From: the human T2T-CHM13v2.0 reference genome, Homo sapiens
Direction: 5' to 3' (one strand)
NCBI RefSeq assembly: GCF_009914755.1
Contig: NC_060928.1
Length of the DNA stretch: 64,000 nucleotides
The position numbers and the translations under genes are program-made. Below are positions 1 to 14,025 of this stretch, one piece after another (positions within the stretch are counted from its first letter, which is position 1; each line of letters begins with the position of its first letter). Below the pieces are notes generated by a model, which saw only the letters and a program-made list of their open reading frames with translations, was not told the DNA's origin and did not search any database.

Positions 1-2420
1 GGACAACACTTAAATTCAGGAAACACAGAGAACTCCTCCAAAATAATTCACAAAAAGATCATCTCCAAGACACAAAATCTTCAGATTCTCTAAGGTCAAA
101 ATGAAAGAAAACATGGTAAAGGCAGCTAGAGAGAAAGAACAGGTTACCTAAAAGTGAAGCTCATCAGAATAGTAGCTGACCTGAGCAGAAACCCTATGAG
201 ACAGGAGAGATTGAGTGACTATATTCAACATTCTTAAATAAAGGAAATTCCAACCAAGAATTTCATATCCGACTAAACTAAGTTTCATAAGTGAAGGAGA
301 AATAAGATCCTTTTCACACATGCAAATGCTGGGGGAATTTTTTCTTTTCAGACCTTCATTACAAGAATTCTTAAAAGAATCTCTAAATATAGAAAGGAAA
401 ATTCATAACCAGCCACTACAAAAGCACACTAAACTACACAGATCAGTGACATGATAAAGAAGCCACACAAGCAAGTTGGCATAATAAGCAGCTAACAACA
501 TAATGATAATATCAAATCCACACATATCAATGTAATCTTGATGCAAACGGGCTAAATGTGCAAGACCCAGTGGAATGTTGTCTTCAAGATACCCATCTCA
601 TATGCAATATCACCCATAGGCTCAACATAAAGGGATGAAGAAAAATCTACCAAACAAATGGAAAACAGAAAATAACAAGGGTTGTGATCCTAATTTTAGA
701 AAAAACAGAATGTAAACCAACAAAGATTAAAAAAGACAATGAAGGGCATTACATAATGGTAAAGGGTTCAATTTAACAGGAAGACCTAATTATCTTAAAT
801 ACATATTCACCGAACAGGAGCACCCAGATTCATAAAGCAAATTCTTAGAGACCTTCAAAAAGATTTTGATTTCCACACTATAACACTGAGAAACTTCAAC
901 ACCTCACTGACATTATTAGACAGATCATTAGGGCAGAAAATTTGTAAAGATATTCAAGATCTTAACTCAATACTAGACCACATGGACCTGATAGACCTCT
1001 ACAGAAATCTCCACTCAAAAACAACAAAATATACATTCTTCTCTTTGCCACATGGCACATATGCTAAAATTGACCACATAATCAGACATAAAACAATCCT
1101 CAGCAAATATAAAGAACTGAAACCTACCAACCACTTTCTTGGACCACAGTGCAATAAAAATAACATTCAAGATTTAGAAAATCACTCAAAACTATGTAAT
1201 TACATGGTGCATATGCTAAAATTGATCACATAATCAGACATAAAACAATCCTCAGCAAATACAAAGAACTGAAATTACACCAACCACTTTCTTGGACCAC
1301 AGTGCAATAAAAATAAAATTCAAGATTTAGAAAATCACTCAAAACTATACAATTATATGGTAATTAAACAACATCATTTGGGTAAATGACAAAACCAACC
1401 TAAGTAATTCCATTCTGGACATAGGAATTGACAAAGATTTCATGGTAAAGACAACAAAAGCAATTGGAACAAAAGCAAAAATGGACAAATAGAATCTAAT
1501 TAAACTAAAGAGCTTCTGCACAGCAAAAGAAATTTCAACAGCATAAACAGGCAACCTACAGAATGGAAGAAAATGTTTTTAAACTATGCATCTGAGAAAG
1601 GTCTAATATCTAGAATCTATAAGGAACTTAAATTTACAAAATAAAGACAAATCACCCCATTAAGAAGTGGGCAAAGGACATTTACAGACACTTTTCAAAG
1701 AAGACACACATATGACCCCAAAGCATGTGAAAAAAAGCTCAATATCACTGATTATTAGAGAAATGCAAGTCAAAACCACAATATGATGCAATCTCATACC
1801 AGTCAGAATGGCTATTACTAAAAAATCAAAAGATAACAGGTGCTGGCAAGGTTGTGGAGAAAGGAACACTTATACACTGTCAGTGGTAGTGTAAATTAGC
1901 TCAAGCATTGTGGAAAACAGTGTGGCAATTCCTTAAAGAGCTAAAACCAGAACTACCATTCAACCCAGCAATCCCATTACTGGGTATGCACCCAAAGAAA
2001 TATAAATCCTTCTGTCATAAAGATATATGCATGCATATGTTCATTGCAGCACTATTCTCAATAGCAAAGATATGGAATCAACCTAAATGCACATCAGTGG
2101 TAGACTGGATAAATAAACTGTAGTACATATACAAGATGGAATACTATGTAGCCATAAAAAAGAATAAGATCATGTCCTTTGCAGGAACAAAGATGGAGCT
2201 GGAGGCCAGTATCCTTAGCAAATTAATGCAGGAACAGAAAAGCGCATACCACATGTTCTCAGTTATAAGTGGGAACTATATGATGAGAACTCATGAACAC
2301 AAAGAAAAGAACAAGGAACGCCGGGTTCTACCTCAGAATGGAGGGTAGAATGAGGGAGAGGAGAAGAAAAATAACTATTGAGTATTAGGCTTAGTACCTG
2401 GGTGACAAAATAATACTTAC
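1..2420 (+). mobile_element. Decayed LINE-1 (old L1PA/L1PB type): ORF1 3' end, ORF2 endonuclease, large internal deletion, ORF2 C-terminus and 3' UTR
   Basis: ORF 982-1233 (MDLIDLYRNLHSKTTKYTFFSLPHGTYAKIDH) is L1 endonuclease-like. ORFs 1908-2348 (MWKTVWQFLKELKPELPFNPAIPLLG; MEYYVAIKKNKIMSFAG) match the ORF2 C-terminus. The element is cut by the window start. Confidence 0.93.
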
Positions 2421-2630
2421 ATTACACATATAAATACTTACATATTTGTGCATGTAAATTAATTAATTATATACATATGTATATATGTACGTGTATATAA
2501 ATACACACAATTTCTAGAAAAATACTAGAAACAATGTTTAAAAAGATTTTACAGCAAAAACAAAGACAAAATAGAAGCAAATTATTTTAGCAGGCAGGCT
2601 AATTTTCTTAAACCATAAAAACATACATTT

Positions 2631-2950
2631 GACGAGCATGGTGCCTGTAATCCAAGCAGTTTAGAAGGCTGAGGCAGGAGGATTGCTTGAGGCCAGGAGT
2701 CTGAGAACAGCCTGGGTAACATAGTGAGACCCCTGTCTCTACTAAAAATAAAAGAAAAAATAGCCAGTCTTCCTGGTGTGCACCTATAGTCCCAGCTACT
2801 CTGGAGGCTAAGGTGACAGGAATGCTTGAGCCCAGGAGGTAAAGGATACAGTGAGCCATGATAGTGCCACTACGCTCCAGCCTAGGCAACAGACTGAGAC
2901 CGTGTCTTAAAAAACAAACAAACAAATCAAACCAACCAATCAAAAAGCAA
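2631..2950 (+). mobile_element. Alu (AluJ-like)
   Basis: Two-arm Alu with GGAGGATTGCTTGAGGCCAGGAG and an A-rich tail; probable TSD aaaacatacattt / aaaacctacacattt. Confidence 0.92.
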
Positions 2951-4844
2951 AACCTACACATTTATATTCTTGCAAAAGTTTGCAAGCAATACATGTATCT
3001 AAATTCTACTGTATGCACATAATATAAAATGATATATAATGCCATCATATATTAATAAATGCTTACACTCCATTTTGTATTAAGGGAATCTATACTTTTT
3101 TTATAAAATACATTTTAAACTTAAATAATACATGTCTTAATATTTTATATCTATGAAATGTTATTTTGTAACCTATTGCCTATTTTAATTTACCAAAGAA
3201 ATAACTTTAATAACTAGGAAAACAGACAACAATTCACTGGTTTTTAAAAAGTGTTTTTCCAATTTCATATTTTCACATAGGAAACAATTTATAAAATGTA
3301 AGTCCTTAGGTATTTTTAAATTCCCTTATCATCATATGCATTTATAAAATTATTAAAGCAAATTAATTTGTTTTGATGAGTAAAGTAACATTCTTTGTTT
3401 TATCAGACACGGTAGTATTTTATCATCTTTGTACCAGCTTGATAATTTGGCAATGATACAATATTATGAACTATGAATTGAATTTTCTGATTAACATGCT
3501 ATCCTGTGAATCTTATTTTGTTGTAATAAACTGAAAATGCTCATAGCTCTTTAGGTATTCTAATTAAAGTTTTAAATGATTGATGTACCGAAAAAACAAA
3601 TTAGGTCAGGTATCTTTCTAGCAAGAAAGAACCACTTAGAATAATTCTTAAATTGTTATTTTTTTCCTTTGTTGCTTTTACTCCTAATACAAAGATTTTC
3701 TTTCAATAGCAAATTCCTTGATCATTAGCCACAACTTCTTTTGTTTATTCACCAGCAAAAAACAATGAATAAACAAATTTAATAAATATACCTTTGCCTA
3801 ATTCATTTTCAAATCAATTTTGTTATGTGTTAATTGGCAATGTAAATGTAAAATAGCCTCCAAAACCAAAAGATAAACTCACCTGATTGTTATCACTGTA
3901 AGGAGTAATCTGCAGAGTAAAATGTACTGTGGCAAAGTCTTGTAAAATAAGTATCTTTGCAAAAGAAAAATCAATATAATAAGAAGATATTTAAATTGGA
4001 TGGAGCTACTCTTCCTAAGATGACACTGTAAAATATAACATGCTTTATTCATAAAAAAATATTATTTTTATGTTGTTAGCATTTGACCTCAAACTTACGT
4101 TTTTCTATTAGGATAATCAGCTTTTTATACTAAAGACACAATGGTTTTGTGAAACTTTTGTGGAATCACAGTTAACTGTTGCAAAGCCTGTTTTCCCACT
4201 GATGAGTTTTGTGACCTTGATTACACGGTCTTCTAGAGAGTCACATATGAGATTTTTGTATAACATTTCCTACATAAATATATTTATAGAGCATGTTTTG
4301 ACATTTCATTTTGCCTTAGTTTTATTTAAGCTATTTTGTTTTATGGTAGTTTTGTTTGTCACCAAAAAAATACTTTCAGAAACAAAAAGGGAACTAACAA
4401 GAAGCATAGGAAAAAAGAAATAAGGAAAGCAGAATGAGAATAAAGAAAAAAAGACCTAAGAGAGAAGGAAAGTAATCTGTACATATTTATTTCTGTTCAG
4501 TTTCTAGATTTTCATGCTCGTTTGTTATATCCATACACCTTACTATTCACAATGATAAATACAAATATCAAAATGTAAGAGGTGAAGCAATATCATTTCT
4601 TATAGAAAGCTTGTTTTGCATTTCTTATATTTTTAAATGAGAGAGTAGTTTCTTAATGATAATTTAAAATCTTGACACAATAAAAAGACTATTAAATTTG
4701 AGTGCATTAATAAGTTCATTGGAAGGTTTTCTATGTTGTATATGTATGTGCCTCTTTGTAGACTACATCAAAGGCAAAAGTGTAATAGTCCTAATGTACA
4801 AAGTGCTCTAAAGTCAATTAGTCATTTAAAAACTATATGGTATA

Positions 4845-7135
4845 GGGGGCTTCCCAGTGTGGCTGAGTTTAAATAATCCTTTGTCTCTAAATAACAACTA
4901 TAGAACTTGATTAAAATGTCACAAATAACAATTTCTGAACTCTCAGAGTTGACCAACCATAAAGAACTGTTGGGATTCACTCAGGATGGTGGCAGAAATA
5001 TTAAAGGGAAATATTAGGGAAAGTTATAGGGAATAGACACAAACCTTTTTGGAAGGCAGAAAAGTTACATAGCTTGTAATAATTGAACAGGCTGAAGGCA
5101 GCCGGTTCTTACCTTAAAGCATTAGGTCATAGGGTAAATACTAGGGACAATAGGGATTTCCCCAGTTAAGTCTGTTTACCCTACCTCCACTGACTAACCT
5201 TTGAGCCAGATGGCCCTCTCTGGGGGAGGTCGACCAAGGATGTTGCCCCCTAAAGATATTTACGTTAAACTGGGGTACCTGAGCTTTAATCACTGGTAGA
5301 ACTCCTCTCTTACCCATGTTAATTATCCTCAAGCATGTCTACTCAAAGCTTCTGTTGTTTATTGTATACTAAATAAATGCCTGGAATGCAAGCTGCTCAG
5401 GGCAGGCCTCAGTGACAAACCTGTCTTGGTGTGCAGGCGGTCGGACACTCAGCAGGACTGGCAAAACAGAATATCTGTGTGGCAGTGTACGTTTTATTCA
5501 TCCGTCATTTGGGTCAGGGTCTGCGGGCAGACCCCCACAGCTAATGCCCTCTTGTGAGGAGCAATACCTCAAAGAACAAATTGATTTATTCATGAAAATG
5601 ACTGAACTTCAAATAAGATCAGTGTAGCTCACTTTAGTTGGAAACGAAGGTAAAAAACCTGCATCAGCAGCACCCAGTAAGAGTAGTGAAATCAGTGGCA
5701 AATGAACATAACAGGACAGCAACTCTGCTAACTTGAAGTGGTCCTGACTGAAAAAAAAAAATCAATGGATTAACAGGCTAGATAGAAATGTCATAAGGAG
5801 ATTCTGGAAATAAGATTGACATACAAAAGTTTGATAGCTCTTCAGGTGCTTTTTGTGCACACGTGCACTGGAAACTGAAAGGGTTCCAGGCCATCCGCAC
5901 ATCTCTGGCTGCCTGAAACACTACACAAACAAGCAGAAAATATGCAATAAATTCTGGTGAAAAGTAAGAGTCAGGAAACATCTGAAAACTGACGAATATT
6001 AAATGCATTTTCTAACCTACACACAGAATTGAAGTCTTACTGACTCAATGTATTTAACCACAAAGTCCGTCCAATTTAAGCTGACCATTGAGATGTATCA
6101 CACAAAGGTGTCCCCTAGCAAATCAGGCTCAAATATAAAAATAAGTAAATAAACAAAAAATAAATACAAAACAAACAGAAAAGGGACTTGAAATAATACC
6201 TACAGTGACAGAGGCATATTCTACGGGCTTATTTCAGGGAAGTTATTAAGCAAATAATAATAACTCTGAGGGGAAAAGAATCAGAATCAATAGTTACTAC
6301 ATAATACTCCCTCATTATATATTTTTCAACAAATATTATAAGGTGGACTAAGAAACATAAAAGTGTGACTTTATGCAAAATAGAAGCAGTTAATAGTAAT
6401 TTTCACTGGGTTGGCCTAGATGATGAATTTATCAGAAATAAGTACTTCAAAGTAGTTTTATAAATATATTCAAAGAACTAAAGTAATGTTAATGAAATAA
6501 AGATAACATGGGAAGTGTAGTGTCAACAGAATCAACAATTAGAGAATATCAAAAAAGGGATATAAATTATTAAAAAGGACCAAATGAAAATTCTGGAATG
6601 AAAAACAAATTTGAGGGTAAAAGTAAAATTTCTCGAGGGGCTACATGGTTCATTTGGGATGCCAGGAAAAAAAAATCCAGTGAACCTGAAGACAGAGCAG
6701 TAGGACTTATCTAATCTGAAGAAACTAGAAATAAAGATGAGGACAAATTAACAGAGCTTCAGAGACCTGTGTAAACACACAAAATGTGCCTATGCATGGG
6801 ATGGAAATAGGAGAAGGATGGGAGAGAGAAGAGAGCAGAAAAATAATTCGAAAACTAACGCCTGAAATATTCTCAAAACTGATAAGAATACATTAATTTA
6901 CACATTCAAGAAGTTCAATGAACTTCTGTTAGGATAAAAACAGAGAATAACAGCTAGGCAAAATCAGAATTTAACTAGTCAAAGTCAAATTATAAAAGAA
7001 AATCTTGAAAAGAAGAGAAAAACAAGTAATCATGAATAGGAACCTGACAATATGATTAATGGTTAAGTTCTTGTCAAGAAAAATGGAGTCCAGAAGACAG
7101 TGGAATGACATATTCGGAATGCTGAAAGAAAAGTA
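4845..7135 (+). mobile_element. Ancient L1M 5' UTR/ORF1 remnant, interrupted by a solo LTR
   Basis: A-rich strand bias and ORF1-like motifs (cagagcttcagagacctgtg; cagaagacagtggaatgacatattc..atgctgaaagaaaa). Boundaries are approximate. Confidence 0.65.
4968..5571 (+). mobile_element. Solo LTR of betaretrovirus-like ERV (LTR22 / HERV-K(HML-5)-like)
   Basis: TG...CA termini, perfect 6-bp TSD AAGAAC (4962-4967 and 5572-5577), AATAAA at ~5372. The start TGTTGGGATTCACTCAGGATGGTGGCAG resembles LTR22. Confidence 0.85.
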
Positions 7136-7214
7136 GTTTGCTTCTACATTTCAAAAGTAGTTTATTTTAACTAGTATTAGCAATGGTTCTATGTGTTTAG
7201 CCCCATGAAGACAA

Positions 7215-7215
<1 letters not shown>

Positions 7216-7246
<31 letters not shown>
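7216..7246. repeat. (TG)n microsatellite
   Basis: About 15 uninterrupted TG units. Confidence 0.98.
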
Positions 7247-7249
<3 letters not shown>

Positions 7250-7254
7250 ATTTC

Positions 7255-7613
7255 TGTTTTAGTCCATTCTCATGCTGCTGATAAAAAGACATACCCAAGA
7301 CTGGGTCATTTACAAAGAAAAGAGGTTTAATGGACTCACGGTTCTACGTGGCTGGGGAGGCCTCACAATCACGGCAGAAGACGAAAGAAGAGCAAAGGGA
7401 CTTCTACATGGTGACAGGCAAGAGAGCATATGCAGGAGAACTCCGCTTTATAAAACCATCAGATCTCCTGAGACTTACTCACTATAAGGAGAACAGCACA
7501 CGAAAAATCCACTCCCATTATTCAGTTACCTCCCACAGAGTCCATCCCTGGACACGTGGGGATTATTACAATTCAAAATGATATTTGGGTGGGGACACAG
7601 GCAAACCATATCA
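7255..7613 (-). mobile_element. THE1/MST MaLR solo LTR
   Basis: Ends in ...gggtggggacacaggcaaaccatatca, the reverse complement of the THE1 start; 5-bp TSD ATTTC (7250-7254 and 7614-7618). Confidence 0.92.
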
Positions 7614-8294
7614 ATTTCATTATTTGAAATGAATGGACAACTACTGGCATTTACCTAAATGACATATCTCTTTAATCTCACAAAAATGACAGGGAAAATA
7701 ATCTGGTTACCTCCTGTTATAGCATTCAGAGTTTAAGCAAGAGAGATGACAGGCTGTGAGAGCTTGGAATTATCAGTGAGTCTCAACACATAAGTGTTTC
7801 TGTATCAAAAAGTTATTTTCACTTATTCTCTTACAAATGATGTTCCTCTAAAACCTATTTTTTTAAGTGTTTCAGACTTTCAATTGTAAAAATAAACACC
7901 TGCAATATATAGTAAATTTATTTACATAAAGGTAATAATATTTCAACATATGCAATGGAAATCCAACTAGCCAAACCTTGTAGTAATAAAGTGAACTACT
8001 CTGTCTTTGTCTTTTCAGCTGTTAAATGTCTTTGAGAATATTTTGAAATTAATGCATGAGAAAATGTTCTTTGTCGCATCTCCTTTGTGAGACTTGGGCA
8101 AGGTCCAATAAATGTCAACCATCAATTTGGCATGTAGGTAAGTGGATGCTAGATGACTTAAGTGGTCTATTCAATTGTTCTTCATTCTTCTAATATTAAT
8201 TGACTGCCTACTAGAAGCCAGGTCCTTCGCTGGATTATGCAGATACAATGATAAGTCGAAGGGAGAAAGGAAAGCTCAGGAAATTTTAAAAGGA

Positions 8295-9690
8295 CAGTAG
8301 TTTGCTCTATTTTCCCCCATACATTTATTGAATTATTCATATCCATTTGGACTCATGGATATTTATTCGTTATACTTTGGGAAATAATACAAGACTTCTT
8401 TATTTACTTTGTTTTTTAAAATTGTTCCAGCTTTAGCCATTGGGATCTTTTCCAGTTTCCTCCTGTATTTCTTTGGGATACCTTGTTATTGTGGAAGATT
8501 GTGTGTGTATGTTTAACTTCTCTTACTTTCTGTAACTACAAGATGCTCCAGGCTTATCTTGTATATTTTTTGCCCCAGTCCTAAAATCAGCCATTTATCC
8601 AGGAAGCCATTATTCCCCTTACTAGAGAATGACATTAGAAACCACCATCAGGCACCAAGTGTGCTCATTGGCTCATTGTTACTTGGTATTGTAGTTTCCA
8701 GGCCCTCTAGTCTAATCAAGCAGGGTGATACACGTATGTAAGCTAACCTGTATCGTATGCTCATATCTACAAATATTCCTATATGTAATTGTATGTGTCT
8801 ATTTTAAGCAAAACCTAGATTCATATTGATGTTACCAGCTCTCTGACATGAATCATCTTAGCCACATTCTATGACTTATCTGTAAACTCTCACTTTAAAA
8901 GTAAAATCCCTGGTTTCTACCATCTGCCATCCATTTGTGTATTTTTTCATTCACAGGATATTAGTGCCTTCAAAATTATCAACCTGTACCTCCATGGGGA
9001 GCTAATATATCGACTAGAGTACAGTGCTTAAGTACAGTTCTTTTTCCTTCAGTTTTAGGGATATGATTCATTTCCAAAATTACTTAGGTCAGTACCTTAT
9101 TCTCCCACCTGCTTCAGGGAGGTTGTTTCATACATTTGTAATACATGTAGCTTCTTTCCTCACATCTTGCATTAATGATCTTGGAATTAACAGATATCCT
9201 GATTTACGTTTTTTAAAACCTTTCATACATTAACATTAATTGTTTTAAATTTCTATGGGTTTTAATAAATGCTAAATGTCATGTATTCACCAATTCAGTA
9301 TAATAGAAAATAGTTTTATAACCCTCAATTCTTTACTGTGAGACCCTAATGATATTCGTCGGATGTAAAGCTCAAGGATTGGAGCCGAGGGGTTTCTTAC
9401 CATCAGGTAGACCACACTTAGTCTCAAGTAATTAGTCAAAATTAACATTTAACTGTTCTTATAAATCTATGGCTCCAGTGGTTTCTGATCCATGTTAAGC
9501 AGATCTGGACTGTGTCTCTCTGGATTTGCTTGTCGCTGCAGATTTCAGGATGGCAGTTTTCCACTTGCTCAGTCAGTTCTCAGACAGGGCCAAGAGCAAT
9601 TGTTGATTGTCAGTTTGTCCAGTTTTTTTCTCCCAAGAATTAGAACAATGACTTCCAAGCTTTTTAAATATTGAAGTTAACACAGAAACT
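8295..9690 (-). mobile_element. Old L1M (L1MC/MD-like) fragments
   Basis: Motifs such as ggactcatggatatttatt, aattgttccagctttagccattggga and tgccccagtcctaaaatcagccattt are typical of old L1M 3' regions in antisense. Confidence 0.6.
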
Positions 9691-12600
9691 TCTATCATAA
9701 TGTATTTTAATAGTCAGTTTCCTGGATTAAAAATAAAATATTCCATGGATTTAATCTAAAAAAAGTACATATCTAAAATTAAAAAATTATAAGCTCATGA
9801 TTATATTTTTTAAAAAGTTCTGACAAAGATTATTCTTATATATACTCGAAACATATACCTGATGTACGTGTATAAATATACATAAAACATATCCTTGAAA
9901 GATATCCAAAACAGATGATGAAAATGTCTACTTAGAGTTGAGAGATTTAAGCATTATTATTAAGTTTATCTTTCTTTAGGGGAAAAGAAAAAGTGATTAA
10001 GAAAGATGAGAAACTTACTTTGACTCTATTTAGGCTTCATGGTTAGATATGCTTTTGTTTAAATATACCATTAATTTAGAAATTCATTTAATAATATTTG
10101 ACTAATATGTTCCAAATTCCTTTCTTAGGTTCTGGGGATACAAGATAAATTTTTCTTATGTACTTATAGCTTATAATGAATCAATAAAAACTTTGTACCA
10201 TTGAAAACTGCTAGAGATAGTTTTGATTTCCATAGTATTACAAATCGTGTTCCTATAATTAAAATGAAGCATTGAGTTAATAGAATTTTAACTATCAATC
10301 TGCTTTTCTATCAGATATTAGGGGTAACTAATCTCCTGCTTCTGATGTAAGATTTTGGAGAAAAATGACTCCTGAGAAGCTGACTTGCCCTATTGAAAAT
10401 GTGTAGTAGTGAAAAGAAAGTACTATAAAGATCTCAGCTGTGAAATGTTACTAAACTATTCAAGTTGTTGGCATAAAGTAGGTTCAGCACTCCATGGCCA
10501 GGCTTTGCATAGGTTGAAAGACAATTACACTGCAGTTTTAAAGGGGAATTTATGTAACATATCCTGCCAGCATATTTAGTCCATGTGAAAGAATGTCAGG
10601 ATCCTGAAAGTATTCTGTCTGAAGAGCAGGAATTAGAAAATTGGAGTTAATGGTGCTAGTTGTAACCAATTGCCAATTATTTCTTCATTCACTATAAGTA
10701 TCCAGTATATGTTAGTGTGTAGTATGAAAAATGTTCATTAATTTGAAATATAATTTTAAGGCTAATGAAAATTTTAATAAGCTAGCCCAAAGTTACTTGG
10801 ACATTTATATCAAGGGACAGGAAGGTAAAATGACATTGAACAAAATAAATTCTGCCTTGTAACTGATATTTAGAGAATTAAGTAAGAGGCAACAGGGATA
10901 ATGAGCGAAGGAAAGCAGATTTTCTCTCCAGGACCTATTAGCAGAAGTAGAAATTCACGTGTGTGATTGAAAATCAGGCAGTACCCCCGTAACTTATGGA
11001 ACATTCAATGTGAAAGAGGAAAAGACGAATAGTATGAGGCAGGGTGTTTTTGGTTTCTCAACTAGAACATTCACATTAAATGAGATGCTCTTTGTAAGAC
11101 TTAAAAACAGGCTTTTTTTTTTCATTTTTCATTTCTCAAAATTAGCAGTTGGTTCACATATTCAATTTAAGAAATTACTATATTGGTGATGAAATTACTC
11201 CAAATGTAACAGTTTTAAATGAAGAAACTAATCACTGAACATATTGTGTTATAAAACTCATGGTCAGAAAGCGACACTACAATTTTCTTATTAAAGAAGA
11301 AATTAACTTATAGTTGACAAAATGACTTTTAGAGATTTTAATATATGCTAGATAGTTAAGTTACAAAACTTCAGCTTCAACTCATTATGAATTTATTTCT
11401 TGATCAAATATATGGCTTGTTCAAATATAGCTACTGCCAAAATGAATTGTTTTTAACTTATGAGATGTTTGAAGTAATTGAAAATTGAAAAGTTTATGGC
11501 TAACACTAAAAGCAAAACTAATTAACAGCTATTTTTTTGGTTTAGAACTTTATGAAAGCATATATATGTGAAAATGGCGTTGTTATATACCAAAACTTTA
11601 AAATTAATTCTATCTGTAATGTTAAGAAGGAAAAAAGACACAGATTAAGGACTCATTCTGCAATAATCTTTTGCCTTCTTAAATAAGTTCAAATATACAA
11701 ATTTTATAATTCTAATTTTATAAATCTAATTCAGTTATTCATTTTTAGATACGAATTCAATGACTGCTTTTTAAAAAATAATTTGTTCAGCAACAGCTTA
11801 TTTATAAATTAAAAATACCTACTTGGTTTTAATAGATACTATTTTAAAAGTAATGACAATTTGAATAAGTGATTATATTGAATCTCTCAACTGATGAATT
11901 TTTAAAAAATATCCTGCCCTTCTTTGCTGATTTTTCCTTACACATAGGGAAATTTCTCATTAAGAATGTGAAATTATGTGATAAGCACTTTACATATTTA
12001 TATTTGATAATAGTGATTTGGGGTTTTATTACATCTTAAATAAATGAACAGGCATATAATTCCTTATTCTAAACAATAAATCCATCTTTAAGGAAAGGTA
12101 TCATAGTTTTGTTGAGTTACAATGAATTTCAAGCATTGATTTGTTCTGATACACTGGGGAAGTTATTCATTTGTTTGTTTGTTGTTGTTTTCTCAAATAT
12201 CTCAAATTGCCTCAGTTTTCTTTTGGAAGGAAACTATGTCACCCACCAGCTGCCGTTGAGGAAATTGCCTAACAGTGTTTTTTGTTTGTTTGTTTTGTTT
12301 TTTTCTTTTATGGATAAATGACTATGTTGCCTGACATGTAAATCATCTCCCTAGTCACAGCTGAGTGGAATACAGAATAAATATCAACCAATAAGGGATT
12401 AAGAGGAAAGAAATATCTCCCCAAATAACAGCAGTAATGATTTGGGCCAGTCATGCTTTTATTGTTCATAAATAAGTCGACACTAAAAGATAAAACACAC
12501 AGAAAAGCAATTCACAAACATCATCGGCAATGCAAGCCACATATCATCAAAAGCCATGAATAATCAGCAAACATGAGAAAGTGAAATATAAAGAATGAGA

Positions 12601-13921
12601 TTATGTGTAGCCAGAATTAGAGGAACAAAGATGGAGATAACTGAAGGTATCAAGATGTAAATCTTAGAGCTCCAGCTGCTCAGGTACCAGTAAGATGAAC
12701 TGCTTGTATATAGCATGTTGGAAATATATAAATGTTAGGAGGGAAGATTTTATCAGAACCTTAGAGTTGTTTTATAAATGTGCCTTAAAGATTCAAATCT
12801 TATGTATTATGTCAGTGAGTCTCCATGGAGCCTGTAGGATCATGATTAGATTAGGAAGCTAGGCAATGTTTCTAATTAATTAAAGACCCAATTAAATAAT
12901 TACTAAGTATCTTCTGTAGCCCTGACATTTTACATTTAGGTGAATTTTTCTGAATAGCCATATTGAACATTAAAGAAGAAAATGTTTTTACATTATTGCT
13001 ATTTATTTGGATTAAATTAACAAAAACAAATCTCAAAGTTTGGTGTATATCAGAAGACCTGAGGAATTTGTATTTAAAGATGACTAGTCTGTACTCTAGA
13101 ATCCACTGAACAAGAGTCTAAAGATTTAGACACTGGTAACCAAAACTAAAAGTCATTTCATTAATCTTTCTTTATGATTTAATCAAAGTGCTAAAATATA
13201 TTTGCTGATGTATATTCATGGAAATAAAAATTTAGTTAATAAATATGACATAACGTACATTTTATAGAATATATTTTCTTAATATTAGTATGGCACTTTG
13301 AGATATTAATTCCTCTGAAGCAGTATTTAAATCAGAATTCTTACAGCTCTTCTGTTAATAAGTTATTCAATACCAAATTAGTAGTTTGTATGTTATAAAT
13401 TTGTAGGAAAATAATTATATATGCTTACTTTGTACATAAAAATAAAAACATGACTTCTTTTAGACACTCCTTCATTAGAAATAAAATAAAATAAACTATT
13501 AGCAGTTTGACTTCATGTTCTGTCTGTAGGTCATGGAATCCTGTCCTTACAATATTTATTGATTGTGAAAATATCAGTAAATAAGCAATTGAATATGTTT
13601 ACCTTTTCTTCTAGTCACTATGTTCTTAGAGTTATGAGAATCTTCCATGTTTCTAATTACTGTATATGCTTCTTTTTTAGCCAGTTAAGTTTTCAACAGC
13701 ATTTAATACAGGTTATAACACTCTTAATTACAAAGACTTTTTCTTTTCTTAATACTCTGTTGATTTTCCTCTTATGTAACTGAATATTTGTATTCAAAAT
13801 TTTGTTTTGTTTGTACTTCCTCTGCTACCATGTTAGACTCTTACCTCTTCTCTATCCATTCCCTCTTCCAGGATGATTTCAATCTCTTTGATTTAAATGT
13901 TGTGTATTACATAAAACGTAA

Positions 13922-13974
13922 TGTGTGTATACATATACTTATATGTATACACATACATATGTGTTGTGTGTGTG

Positions 13975-14022
<48 letters not shown>
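13922..14022. repeat. Compound (TG)/(TA)n microsatellite
   Basis: Degenerate TG/TA run followed by about 20 pure TA units. Confidence 0.97.

Positions 14023-14025
<3 letters not shown>

Noticed and set aside
2608-2961. 117-aa ORF and similar ORFs at 30996, 38947, 40089, 44950 and 60839
   Set aside because: Typical Alu translations (LSLLPRLE.SG, SSCLSL), not genes.
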